A stretch of DNA of 64,000 bases, from the NCBI GenBank assembly GCA_035995205.1, contig DASYKS010000041.1, forward strand, positions 173,671 to 237,670, read 5' to 3'. Below, in pieces: positions 9,318 to 17,950 of this stretch (the first letter of the stretch is position 1; each line of letters starts with the position of its first letter). The DNA comes from Thermoanaerobaculia bacterium (GTDB taxonomy: Bacteria; Acidobacteriota; Thermoanaerobaculia; Multivoradales; UBA5704). A program made the position numbers and the translations under genes. Below the pieces are notes generated by a model. It was given only the letters and a program-made list of their open reading frames with translations, had not been told where the DNA came from and made no database searches.

Positions 9318-9866
9318 ATGAGGGAAAACGACTACGGTGCCGGGAACGTCATGCTGGTCCTCGCCGCCGGTAGCGTTGCGGTAGGGATCTTGACGGTCTT
9401 GCTCTGGGCGCGGATGGCCCGGCTCGGGGCTCACGGTAGGGCGGCGAGAGGACGCACGGCCGGAGCGGCGTCGATGCTGGCGGTGCCTGCCGGAGGGTTC
9501 GCGGGGTTTTTCGCGGTCGAATTCTTCCCTTGGCTTCTGGTTGCGCCCGCGGTGCTGTTTGGAGGCTGGGCCTTTGGGGTTTGGCGCCGTCAAGGCATCA
9601 AGGCGACGGACCGGGGTGCGCTGCTCGTGGTGCTCGCTTTCCTCTGGCTCGGGCTCGCGCTCTATGGAGACCGGATGAAGCTCTGGGAGACGACGGTCTC
9701 GGGCCCCATTCGCGTCGACCTTCTGCTCACGGCGGCGATGGCCGCGGCCTGGGCGCTCCTGGGTGTCTGGCTGCGACGGGAGGTCGATGAGCAGGAAGAG
9801 GCGGAAGAAGAGGAAGAACAAGCCGCGCCGGACGGTCCGCTGAGCGCCGGGATTCGCAAGCGGTAA
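9318..9866 (+). CDS. Hypothetical membrane protein with an acidic C-terminal tail
   Basis: It has four predicted TM helices and a C-terminal EVDEQEEAEEEEEQ. It has no recognisable family. Confidence 0.4.
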   Translation: MRENDYGAGNVMLVLAAGSVAVGILTVLLWARMARLGAHGRAARGRTAGAASMLAVPAGGFAGFFAVEFFPWLLVAPAVLFGGWAFGVWRRQGIKATDRGALLVVLAFLWLGLALYGDRMKLWETTVSGPIRVDLLLTAAMAAAWALLGVWLRREVDEQEEAEEEEEQAAPDGPLSAGIRKR

Positions 9867-9900
9867 CTCGGGCCGGGCGTCTCGCCAGTGGGTGACCTGG

Positions 9901-11301
9901 TCAAGAGGTAGCCTGTCCCTCTCCGACCTTCACCACCACGAACGTCAGGTCGTCCCGCTGCGGCGCGCCGCGTTGAAACGCTCCAAAATCCGCCAGCAGG
10001 GCGTCGCGCACCGCCACCGCCCCGGCTTCCCGCGGAACCCGGCCGAGCGACGCCGCCAGGCGCTCCATGCCGTACGGTTCGCCGAACGGATCATCCCCTT
10101 CATAGAGACCATCGGAGTGGAGCAGCAGGACGTCGCCCGCTTCGAGCGGCAGCTCGCGAAGCCCGAAGTTGGGTTCGAGCTGCGTGCCGAGGGGCAACGA
10201 GGGGAGCGCGATTTCCGCCACCCCCGCGGCGTTCGACAGGAGGACGGGAGGGTGGCCGGCGTTCGCCACCGTGGCGATCCGGCGGATGGGATCGAGCACG
10301 ACGATCGCGAGCGTCACCAGCTTTCGGCGCCGCGCCGTCTGCTGCACCATCAGGTTGAGCTTGGCGAGCACCGCGAGCGGCCGGTCGAGATCCTCCGCCA
10401 GGATCGTGAGGCAGGAGCGCACTCCCGCGAGCAGCAGGCCGCTCGCCATGCCGTGGCCCGCGACGTCGCCCACCACGATGGCCAGGCGCCCTTCCCCCAG
10501 CTGGAAATAGTCGTAGTAGTCGCCGCCCACTTCGGTCGCCGGCCAGGAGAGGCTACAGATGTCGAGCCATCCCTGCGGCGGGCAACTCTCCGGCAGCATG
10601 GCGAGCTGGATCTCGCGCGCGTAGTCGAGCTCCTGCCGCATCCGCAACTGGTCCTTGGCGCTCGCCTGGGCGGTGGAAAAAAGGGCGAGGATCTCGCGTC
10701 GACGGCGCCGGGAGGTCACGAGCCCGATGGCCAATATGAAGCAGTGGTTGCTGCTGACCGCGGCCACCGTGCCCATGTCTTCCGAGCTGTCTTCCGCCGC
10801 GGGCAGTCCGAGAAGGGCCACGAGCACGAGAAAAAGCAGAAGCGAACCGTGCACCAGCAGGCGCTCGACCGGCCGCATGCGAAAGAACAGCGCGAAGAAG
10901 CCGGACATCACCAGCAGAGGGGTCATCGCGTCCAGGCCGAGCGTCGCCAGGAGGATCGAAAGGTACAGCACGACGAGCATCGTGACGATCGCGGCGCGCG
11001 GATGGCCGACGATCAGCCGGCGCGCCGGTTCGAGCGCCCGGTCGACTCCTTCGCCCGGCGCCCGGCCGAGGCGCTCGCGGCGCAGGGCGAAGAAGAAGAT
11101 CAGCGCGAACAGCAGGTTCGGCACCAGGATCGCGAGCCGCCGGGGGTCGGAGATCGACGCCGCGATCGTCCCGCAGGTCGCGGCGAGCGCGTAAGGAACC
11201 AGAATCCATCGCGCCTGGCGGAAGTTGGATTCGTCGAAGCGGCTGGCTACCGCCTGCTCCGCGGAAAGCGCGGACAGCTCGTCGAGTGTGAAGGGTTCCA
11301 C
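9901..11301 (-). CDS. Membrane-anchored PP2C-family Ser/Thr phosphatase (SpoIIE/RsbU-like)
   Basis: An N-terminal multi-TM domain is followed by the PP2C core (…GGDYYDYF…, …VVGDVAGHGMASGLL…, …LLHSDGL…). Confidence 0.8.
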   Translation of the reverse strand: MEPFTLDELSALSAEQAVASRFDESNFRQARWILVPYALAATCGTIAASISDPRRLAILVPNLLFALIFFFALRRERLGRAPGEGVDRALEPARRLIVGHPRAAIVTMLVVLYLSILLATLGLDAMTPLLVMSGFFALFFRMRPVERLLVHGSLLLFLVLVALLGLPAAEDSSEDMGTVAAVSSNHCFILAIGLVTSRRRRREILALFSTAQASAKDQLRMRQELDYAREIQLAMLPESCPPQGWLDICSLSWPATEVGGDYYDYFQLGEGRLAIVVGDVAGHGMASGLLLAGVRSCLTILAEDLDRPLAVLAKLNLMVQQTARRRKLVTLAIVVLDPIRRIATVANAGHPPVLLSNAAGVAEIALPSLPLGTQLEPNFGLRELPLEAGDVLLLHSDGLYEGDDPFGEPYGMERLAASLGRVPREAGAVAVRDALLADFGAFQRGAPQRDDLTFVVVKVGEGQATS

Positions 11302-11474
11302 GGCGCGTATCTTACTGCGGGCTTCTCGAGAGGCCCTCGCGCCTGCGTCCCGGAGGAACGGGTTGGGAGTGCGCCGACGCGTCGGCGCTTTAGACGAGAG
11401 TGGTTACGGAGCCGGCTCGGTCAAAGCGGCGACGCGTCGCCGCACTCCAAAAGGGCATTCTCGGGCTGACGTCC

Positions 11475-12182
11475 TCAGTCCTTCCCGAAGAACAGCAGTA
11501 CGGTTGAAGTGAGAGCGACCTGCGTCCGCAACTCGGGGGCGAGATTCTGCGCAAGGTAGACGCGACGCCCACCGGGATCGACGCTGCCGACCACATGATC
11601 GCCCTGGCGTAGCTCGAATCCGAGCGGCAGCGGCAGGCGACGAGGCGTGCCCTTTTTGTCGAGAATCTCGTGGAGAGAGCTGATTTCGATCGGATCGCCG
11701 CCGAATTCGACCACGCCGCGAATGTCGAGCGCGGGAGTCGCCAGCGCTAACACGTGAACCTCGCCCGCGGCGTTGCGCATCGCGCAGGCGATCTGGGTTT
11801 GGCCGACCGGAATCGTCCACGAAGCCTTGAGGGTCTCCTTGTGCAGGACCGGCGTGTTCGAGCGGCACTCGACCTTCCATTCTTCGCCCTGGTCGCCAAC
11901 GAAAACATACCGTTTCCGCGTCTTCTCCGTGCGGCCGCTGACCTCGAAGTAGCTGTCGCCCCAGCCCCAGTTCACCTGTTCGTCCCGAGAGGACGAAAAT
12001 CCTCCGCGGGTCGAGAACGGGCCGAACCGGAGCGGTTTGCGCCAAGTGTAATTACCGGTGATGTCGTAGACCTCGGCGTTCGACAACGAGGGATCGACGA
12101 CGATATAGATCGGAGCCGCGCTGCCGGCGGATGCGCCGAGCACGGCCAAGCCGAATGCGATGAGAAGTTTCTTTCCAAACAT
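11475..12182 (-). CDS. Secreted hypothetical protein
   Basis: Signal peptide MFGKKLLIAFGLAVLGASAGSA. There are no recognisable motifs. The start is trimmed to the Met preceding the signal peptide. Confidence 0.5.
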   Translation of the reverse strand: MFGKKLLIAFGLAVLGASAGSAAPIYIVVDPSLSNAEVYDITGNYTWRKPLRFGPFSTRGGFSSSRDEQVNWGWGDSYFEVSGRTEKTRKRYVFVGDQGEEWKVECRSNTPVLHKETLKASWTIPVGQTQIACAMRNAAGEVHVLALATPALDIRGVVEFGGDPIEISSLHEILDKKGTPRRLPLPLGFELRQGDHVVGSVDPGGRRVYLAQNLAPELRTQVALTSTVLLFFGKD

Positions 12183-12361
12183 GGTCTTGTGACCCTCCTG
12201 CGCGGGCTGGGATTGCAGCCGCCATGCCAAGCGTTCACGCAACCGGTTTCACGGCGAAATAAGCCTCTCGGCGTGCGATTCGGTGGTCGGTACCGCCCAC
12301 GCGAGGGGACGAACGGGACCCGAGTCCCGCTACACTCTCGCCGCTTTAGGGAGAGGTCGCC

Positions 12362-13378
12362 ATGGCGATTCGTGTATTGCAGGTTGGGCTGGGGCCGATC
12401 GGTGCGTCGATCGCGCGCCAGGTGATGGAACGGGCGGGGTTCGAGCTGGTCGGCGGAGTCGATCTCGATCCAGCGAAGGGAAGGGAGATCGGCGTCATGG
12501 TTTCGAGCGATCTGGCGACGGCGCTTCGAGAGATGAGACCCGACATCGCGGTCGTCTCGACCAACTCGGCGCTCGAAAAGGTGGCGGCGACGATCGAGAC
12601 CTGCCTTGCGGCCTGGGTCGCGGTCGTTTCGACCACCGAGGAACTTGCGTTCCCCTGGCGAGAGCGGCCGGAGCTCGCCCGCCGGATCGACTCGGCGGCT
12701 CGTGCGGCGGGGCGGGCGGTGCTCGGCACGGGGGTCAATCCCGGCTTCGCGATGGATGCTCTACCCCTCGCGCTCTCCGCGGTCTGCGAGCGGGTGGACG
12801 GGGTGATCGTCCGCCGCATCCAGGATGCTTCGAAGCGGCGGTTGCCGTTCCAGCACAAGATCGGCGCGGGGCTCTCCGTCGAGGAGTTCCATGCGAAGGT
12901 CGCGGCGGGCGGCGTTCGCCACGTCGGGCTTGCCGAGTCGATCGGGATGCTCGCGAGCGCGTTCGGCTGGAACCTCGATTCGGTCACCGACGAGATCTGG
13001 CCGAAGATCGCGACCGAGCGCGTCGCTTCGCCGGATCTCGTCGTGGCGCCGGGACATTGCAGCGGCGTCGTCCAGCTCGGATTAGGAATGGAGGCTGGAA
13101 CCGTCCGCGTCCGGCTCGAATTCGAGGCTTATCTCGGGGCGCCCGAGAGCTACGACGAGGTCGAGATCGCCGGCTCGCCCGCGCTCAAATCGCGAGTTGT
13201 CGGCGGGATCCCCGGGGATCTTGCGACCGCCTCGATCGTGGTCAACGCGATCCCGCGGGTCCTCGCCGCCCCGCCGGGTTTGATCACCATGCGCGACCTG
13301 CCTCCCGCGCATTGGTGGCCGGGCACCCCTACGGCGCCGCGGCCTGGCGTGGCCGCTGCTTCGCCGAGATCGATTTGA
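12362..13378 (+). CDS. NAD(P)-binding DapB-like (dihydrodipicolinate reductase family) oxidoreductase
   Basis: MAIRVLQVGLGPIGASIARQV… is a Rossmann N-terminus typical of DapB_N / amine dehydrogenase-like proteins. Confidence 0.65.
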   Translation: MAIRVLQVGLGPIGASIARQVMERAGFELVGGVDLDPAKGREIGVMVSSDLATALREMRPDIAVVSTNSALEKVAATIETCLAAWVAVVSTTEELAFPWRERPELARRIDSAARAAGRAVLGTGVNPGFAMDALPLALSAVCERVDGVIVRRIQDASKRRLPFQHKIGAGLSVEEFHAKVAAGGVRHVGLAESIGMLASAFGWNLDSVTDEIWPKIATERVASPDLVVAPGHCSGVVQLGLGMEAGTVRVRLEFEAYLGAPESYDEVEIAGSPALKSRVVGGIPGDLATASIVVNAIPRVLAAPPGLITMRDLPPAHWWPGTPTAPRPGVAAASPRSI

Positions 13379-13802
13379 TGATCAGGAGGTAGGGCTGGGC
13401 GGGATCGAGCGGTCTCTTTGCGTGCGCGAGGGCGGTTTCCATCAGATCCCGGATCTCCGGCCGATCGAGATCCTCGGCTTCGTCGAGCACGATGTGGCGG
13501 GCGACCGAGCCGCTGCCGGCGAGCAGCTTTTGCGGATCGGGAAGGTTCGCCGCTTGGAGGAAGAACAGGGTGACCCAGCGGGGATAGAGGGCGATCGAAA
13601 AGATCGCGTCGCCCGCCCGATCGGTTGGGCCGAAGCCGATCGCCAGAGCGTTGTAGTTGTCGTAGACCAGCTCGACCGCGCCGGGCAGGCGGGTGCGCAT
13701 CCGGGCCAGGACGTCGTGGGCGCGCTCCGCGATTTCGGGACTGAACCTGGCGATGAAACCGGCGAGCTGTTCGGCTTCCGTGACGACGGTTCGATCGGCC
13801 AT
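13329..13802 (-). CDS. DUF1801 (YdhG-like) domain protein
   Basis: The real start is MADRTVVTEAEQLAGFIARFSPEIAERAHDVLARMR… The upstream part of the ORF-track frame is Arg-rich antisense junk. Confidence 0.6.
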   Translation of the reverse strand: MADRTVVTEAEQLAGFIARFSPEIAERAHDVLARMRTRLPGAVELVYDNYNALAIGFGPTDRAGDAIFSIALYPRWVTLFFLQAANLPDPQKLLAGSGSVARHIVLDEAEDLDRPEIRDLMETALAHAKRPLDPAQPYLLIIKSISAKQRPRQAAAP

Positions 13803-13836
13803 GGGAATCTTTCCTCTCGAGCGTTCGGAAGGTGGG

Positions 13837-15966
13837 TCAGCTACCGTTGGATCGGGATAACAGCGTGTCTCGTTCGAGCAGCGGCCGGGTCGTCGCGTCG
13901 GCCCGCTCCCAGGCGCGGCGGATGTGCCCGGCGCTCTGCGGCTCGTGCAGCAGGACGGCGACCTCGGCGCGTTTGAACAGGGCCATCGGCAGGTCGGGAT
14001 GTTTCGCGGGCAGGCGCTCGATCGCTCGGTCAAGCGCGTCGCGCGCCTCGGCGAAGCGCCGGGCGGAAAGGTAGCAGACGCCCATTTCCAGGTCGTGGCC
14101 GAAGTGATCCCCTTCGAGCGTCCGGGCGCGTTCGAACGCGGACAGCGCTCCGGGCGTGTCGCCCACCGCCATGCGCAGAGCGCCAAGGCGGGCAAGCTCG
14201 GGTCCCGGCGCGCTCTTCTTTTCGATCACCTGTTCGAGCAGCCGCGCGGCCTCCGGGACGTTCCCCTCGTGCTCGCGGAGGGTGGCCAGCCCTTCGATCG
14301 CCGCCAGGCGATTTGGATCGGCGGCGAGCACGCTCGCGAGCAGCGGCTCGGCTTCTTTTTCATGGCCGAAGCGGAGCAGGTGGAGCCCCTCGTAAGCGTG
14401 CAGGTCTAGCGAATCGGGGCGCAGGCGGCGGGCTGCCGCGAACTGCTCGGCGGCTTTCCCTTCCTTGCCGAGGATCGACCAAGCGACCGCGAGGCGCAGG
14501 CGGGCCGTCGCGTTGTTCGGGTCTTTCGCCGCCACCCGTTCGAGCGGGCCGATCGCTCCCGCGTAGTCCTCGCGAACGAATCGCGCGGAGCCGAGATCGA
14601 GATCGCGGAACAGGTCGGTCCGGTCCTTCGGGTTCGGCGCATCGGGCCGGACCGCCGAGGGAGTCTCGCTTCCCGCGACATAGCCGAGGCTTGCCAGGCG
14701 TTTCTTGTCTTCGTCCGAGAGCGCGGAGTCGGAAGCGGTGGGAGAGGCGGGGAGCTTGCCTAGGTAGTCGGAGAGCGCGGCGGCCACCTCGCGTTTCGGC
14801 TCGGATCGCGCTCGCCGGGCGAGATCCGTCAGCTCGTGCGGGTCGGCCGCGAGGTCGTAGACCTCGGTGACGCCCGAGCGGATCACCTTGATCCGGTTCG
14901 AAACCGCCATCGCCTGCGGCTGCCAGCCGTAATCGAGAAACGGCATCATCGCTTCGCCGAGCACGATCTCCGGCCTTGGGGAGACGAGACTCGCTGCGGT
15001 GCTCGATCCTTCAATCCCCGCCCAGCCGAGGATCGTGTCGAACACGCGGCGCGTCGAGACCGGCTCGTCGCGGATTCCCGGCGTAAGCCCCGCGTTTTCC
15101 CCACCGGCGGCGATCACGAGCGGCACGCGCATCGTCCCCTGGTATAGCAGATGGCCGTGGAACGCCTCGCCATGCTCGCCTCGCCCTTCGCCATGATCGC
15201 CGACCACGATGACCCGCCAGCCGCCGGTCCTGGCGGAACGAGTCTGAAAGTCCTCAAGCAGCCGGCCGAGCTCCTGATCCATCGCGGCGATCTCGCCGAG
15301 GTACAGGTCTTTCGCGTAACGGGATCGGAACGGCTCCGGCGGTTCGTAAGGGTCGTGAGGATCGTAATAGTGGACCCAGAGGAACAGGGGATGGCCGGCC
15401 GCCGGGCTGTTCTTATTGAGGTAGGCGAGCGCCCGATCGGTCGTCGCCCGCGCGGAGCGCTCGGCTTTCCCCGCGCCGAATTCGTCGTCGTAGGTTTCGA
15501 ACCCGGGGGCTAGACCAAAAGTACGAGCGAGGGGGAATCCGGAGACGAACGCCGCGGTGCGGTAACCGGCTCGCGCGAGCTGGGCGGCGAGCGGCTCGCG
15601 CCCGGGCGTGCCTTCGGAGGGCGCCGAGAACGTCCGGCCGTTTTCGCGCACGCCGTGATCTTTCGGATAGAGCCCGGTGAGCATCGAGGCGTGCGCCGGA
15701 AACGTCTGCGGCGCCGTGGTGTACGCCTGGAAGAACTTGAGCCCACGCTCGGCCAGCGCATCGAGGCTCGGCGTCTCGGGGCCTTTCGACTCGTAGCCCA
15801 CCGCGTCGGCGCGGGTCGTGTCGAGGGTGACCAACAGGATCGAAGGGGACGTGGCGGAGCGCTCGGAGGTCGCCTCGGCGCTCGACGACGGCCCGGGCGA
15901 GCAGGCCATGGGCGCCAGGGACGCCAGGGACGCGAGGCAGAAGAGCGCGGTTGCGAGTCGTTTCAT
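13837..15966 (-). CDS. Secreted sulfatase-family hydrolase (alkaline phosphatase superfamily) fused to C-terminal TPR repeats
   Basis: Signal peptide MKRLATALFCLASLASLA, then …LVTLDTTRADAVGY…MLTGLYPKDHGV…VVGDHGEG…, with TPR-like helical repeats in the C-terminal 250 aa. Confidence 0.8.
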   Translation of the reverse strand: MKRLATALFCLASLASLAPMACSPGPSSSAEATSERSATSPSILLVTLDTTRADAVGYESKGPETPSLDALAERGLKFFQAYTTAPQTFPAHASMLTGLYPKDHGVRENGRTFSAPSEGTPGREPLAAQLARAGYRTAAFVSGFPLARTFGLAPGFETYDDEFGAGKAERSARATTDRALAYLNKNSPAAGHPLFLWVHYYDPHDPYEPPEPFRSRYAKDLYLGEIAAMDQELGRLLEDFQTRSARTGGWRVIVVGDHGEGRGEHGEAFHGHLLYQGTMRVPLVIAAGGENAGLTPGIRDEPVSTRRVFDTILGWAGIEGSSTAASLVSPRPEIVLGEAMMPFLDYGWQPQAMAVSNRIKVIRSGVTEVYDLAADPHELTDLARRARSEPKREVAAALSDYLGKLPASPTASDSALSDEDKKRLASLGYVAGSETPSAVRPDAPNPKDRTDLFRDLDLGSARFVREDYAGAIGPLERVAAKDPNNATARLRLAVAWSILGKEGKAAEQFAAARRLRPDSLDLHAYEGLHLLRFGHEKEAEPLLASVLAADPNRLAAIEGLATLREHEGNVPEAARLLEQVIEKKSAPGPELARLGALRMAVGDTPGALSAFERARTLEGDHFGHDLEMGVCYLSARRFAEARDALDRAIERLPAKHPDLPMALFKRAEVAVLLHEPQSAGHIRRAWERADATTRPLLERDTLLSRSNGS

Positions 15967-16074
15967 GCGGCGGTTCGATCCTTGCTTGAGTATATGGCTC
16001 CCGCCGGACACTAGAATGCCACCCGAAAAGCAAGCTCCGGGGTCGAACGCCCCATTTCGAAAGGACGCGGACGC

Positions 16075-17172
16075 ATGATCAGCCGCCGAGATTTCGCCGG
16101 TCTCCTCGCCGCACTACCGATTTCCGGGCTCGCCGCCCGTGCCGCGGAGGCCGCGAACGGCGGTTCGCCGAAAAAGCCCGCTTCGCCCCCTGCGCCGGCC
16201 GCGGCGTCCGCTACGACTCCGAAACCGGCGATCAAGCCGCGCAAGCTGTCGCCGGGCGATACGGTCGGCATGATCCTTCCCGCGACGCTCGAATTCACCC
16301 CGAGCATGATCGACCTGGGGCGGGAGCAGCTCGAAGCGATCGGGTTCAAGGTGAAGCTCGGAGCGCACGCCCGAGACCGGTACGGGTCGTTTGCCGGCAC
16401 CGACCAGAACCGCGCGGCGGACGTGAACGCGATGTTCGCCGACCCGGAGGTGAAAGGGATCATCTGCTACGCGGGCGGTTGGGGGACGCCGCGCATCCTG
16501 CCGCTGCTCGATTTCGGAATGATCGCGAAGAACCCCAAAGTGCTGGTCGGCTACAGCGACATCACCGCACTGCTGAACGCGATCCGCCAAGAGACCGGAC
16601 TGGTGACCTTCCACGGTCCGGTCGCGGCGTCGAACCTGCGTCCCTATTCTCTCGACCATCTGCGCCGCGCCGTGATGTCGACCGAGCCGCTCGGACTCCT
16701 GGAGAATCCGGAGAAGGAGGAGGATGAGCTGGTCCCCCGCACGTTCCGGATGAGGAAGATCCGTGGCGGCCGCGCCCGCGGCCGGCTAGTGGGGGGCAAC
16801 CTGACGCTCTTTTCCGCTCTCCAGGGGACACCCTGGCAGATCGACACCCGCGGCGCGATCGTCCTGCTCGAAGACGTCCACGAAGCGCCCTACCGGGTCG
16901 ATCGCATGCTCACCCAGATCGCCCAGGGGGGAGCGTTCGAGCACGCTGCGGCCGTCGTCTTCGGCTACTGCACGGAATGCAACGCCGACGGCCCCGCCTC
17001 GTTCAGCATCGAGGAAATCCTCGACGACCATCTGGCGAGTTTGGGGATTCCCGTCCTCACCGGCCTCGCCTTCGGCCACCTGCCGCAGATGCTCACGCTG
17101 CCTCTGGGTCTGGAGGCGGATCTGGACGTTGATGCCGGGACGATCTCGATCGGGGAGGCGGCGGTGGTGTAG
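16075..17172 (+). CDS. LD-carboxypeptidase (peptidase S66, LdcA-like) with a Tat-type signal
   Basis: RRDFAGLLAALP Tat motif, plus …GYSDITAL… and the …VFGY… S66 catalytic-region context. Confidence 0.8.
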   Translation: MISRRDFAGLLAALPISGLAARAAEAANGGSPKKPASPPAPAAASATTPKPAIKPRKLSPGDTVGMILPATLEFTPSMIDLGREQLEAIGFKVKLGAHARDRYGSFAGTDQNRAADVNAMFADPEVKGIICYAGGWGTPRILPLLDFGMIAKNPKVLVGYSDITALLNAIRQETGLVTFHGPVAASNLRPYSLDHLRRAVMSTEPLGLLENPEKEEDELVPRTFRMRKIRGGRARGRLVGGNLTLFSALQGTPWQIDTRGAIVLLEDVHEAPYRVDRMLTQIAQGGAFEHAAAVVFGYCTECNADGPASFSIEEILDDHLASLGIPVLTGLAFGHLPQMLTLPLGLEADLDVDAGTISIGEAAVV

Positions 17173-17187
17173 ACGTGGAAGCGAGGG

Positions 17188-17430
17188 CTATCCAGCCACT
17201 CTTTTTCGGGGACGCTTCGCGGTCAACTTGGCCGTTCGCTCGGCCAACGTGAGCAGGCCAAGTAGGGCTTCGTTGACGGCTTCCGAGGTGGGAAACGCCT
17301 TGGCGACCACCGGATCGAGCAGAGCCACTGAGGTACCCTCGACCGCTTCGCGGTAGAACTTGCCGCGCTCCAGCTTCGTGAAGTCGGAGCGCTGATACGA
17401 TTCACGCATCTCATCCTTATCTTTCTTCAT
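17188..17430 (-). CDS. brnA: BrnA-type antitoxin
   Basis: A small ORF, MKKDKDEMRESYQRSDFTKLERGKFYREAVEG…, whose ATG overlaps the 3' end of the brnT-like gene. Confidence 0.6.
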   Translation of the reverse strand: MKKDKDEMRESYQRSDFTKLERGKFYREAVEGTSVALLDPVVAKAFPTSEAVNEALLGLLTLAERTAKLTAKRPRKRVAG

Positions 17431-17689
17431 AGAGCATCCTTTCCGTCCGCGTTGTACGCCGCGCGCTGATGATGCGGTTCGCACCCGGACGATATGAATG
17501 CGACACCGCCAGCAGTCGGCCTAACCGAGACACTCCGAAGGTGAGATAACGCGACTCACCGACGGAATGATCGGGGTCGGGACCCGTAGAAGCCAGATCG
17601 TCGAGAAAAACCGTCACGGCTTCGTCGAATGAGACCCCATGCTTGCGGACGTTCGCCGCCGCCTTGGCTTTGTCCCATTCGAATCTCAT
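17417..17689 (-). CDS. brnT: BrnT-type toxin (DUF497 ribonuclease)
   Basis: MRFEWDKAKAAANVRKHGVSFDEAVTVFLDD… is the DUF497/BrnT signature. It is the C-terminal part of the long antisense ORF-track frame 17417..20863. Confidence 0.7.
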   Translation of the reverse strand: MRFEWDKAKAAANVRKHGVSFDEAVTVFLDDLASTGPDPDHSVGESRYLTFGVSRLGRLLAVSHSYRPGANRIISARRTTRTERMLYEER

Positions 17690-17950
17690 CTTCGCGCCCG
17701 ATCTTCGCGCCCGCTCGCGGCTCAACCCGATAATTCTAGCTCTATCCCGCCCGATCCCCACCCCCACATCCGCCGCCCGGCGTGTTATCGTCCCGCCAGC
17801 CTTTTTGCTCTGGTCATTTCTCGCGCAGCTCGTCGGCGTCTTTCGCCGGCTCCGTCGGTTTCCCGCCTCGGCTCGAATTCCCTTGACTCGCGGCGGAACC
17901 CGCCTCGGTGCCGCGCTTCGCTTCGGCTTTGCGCAACAGGGGGTTCCTCG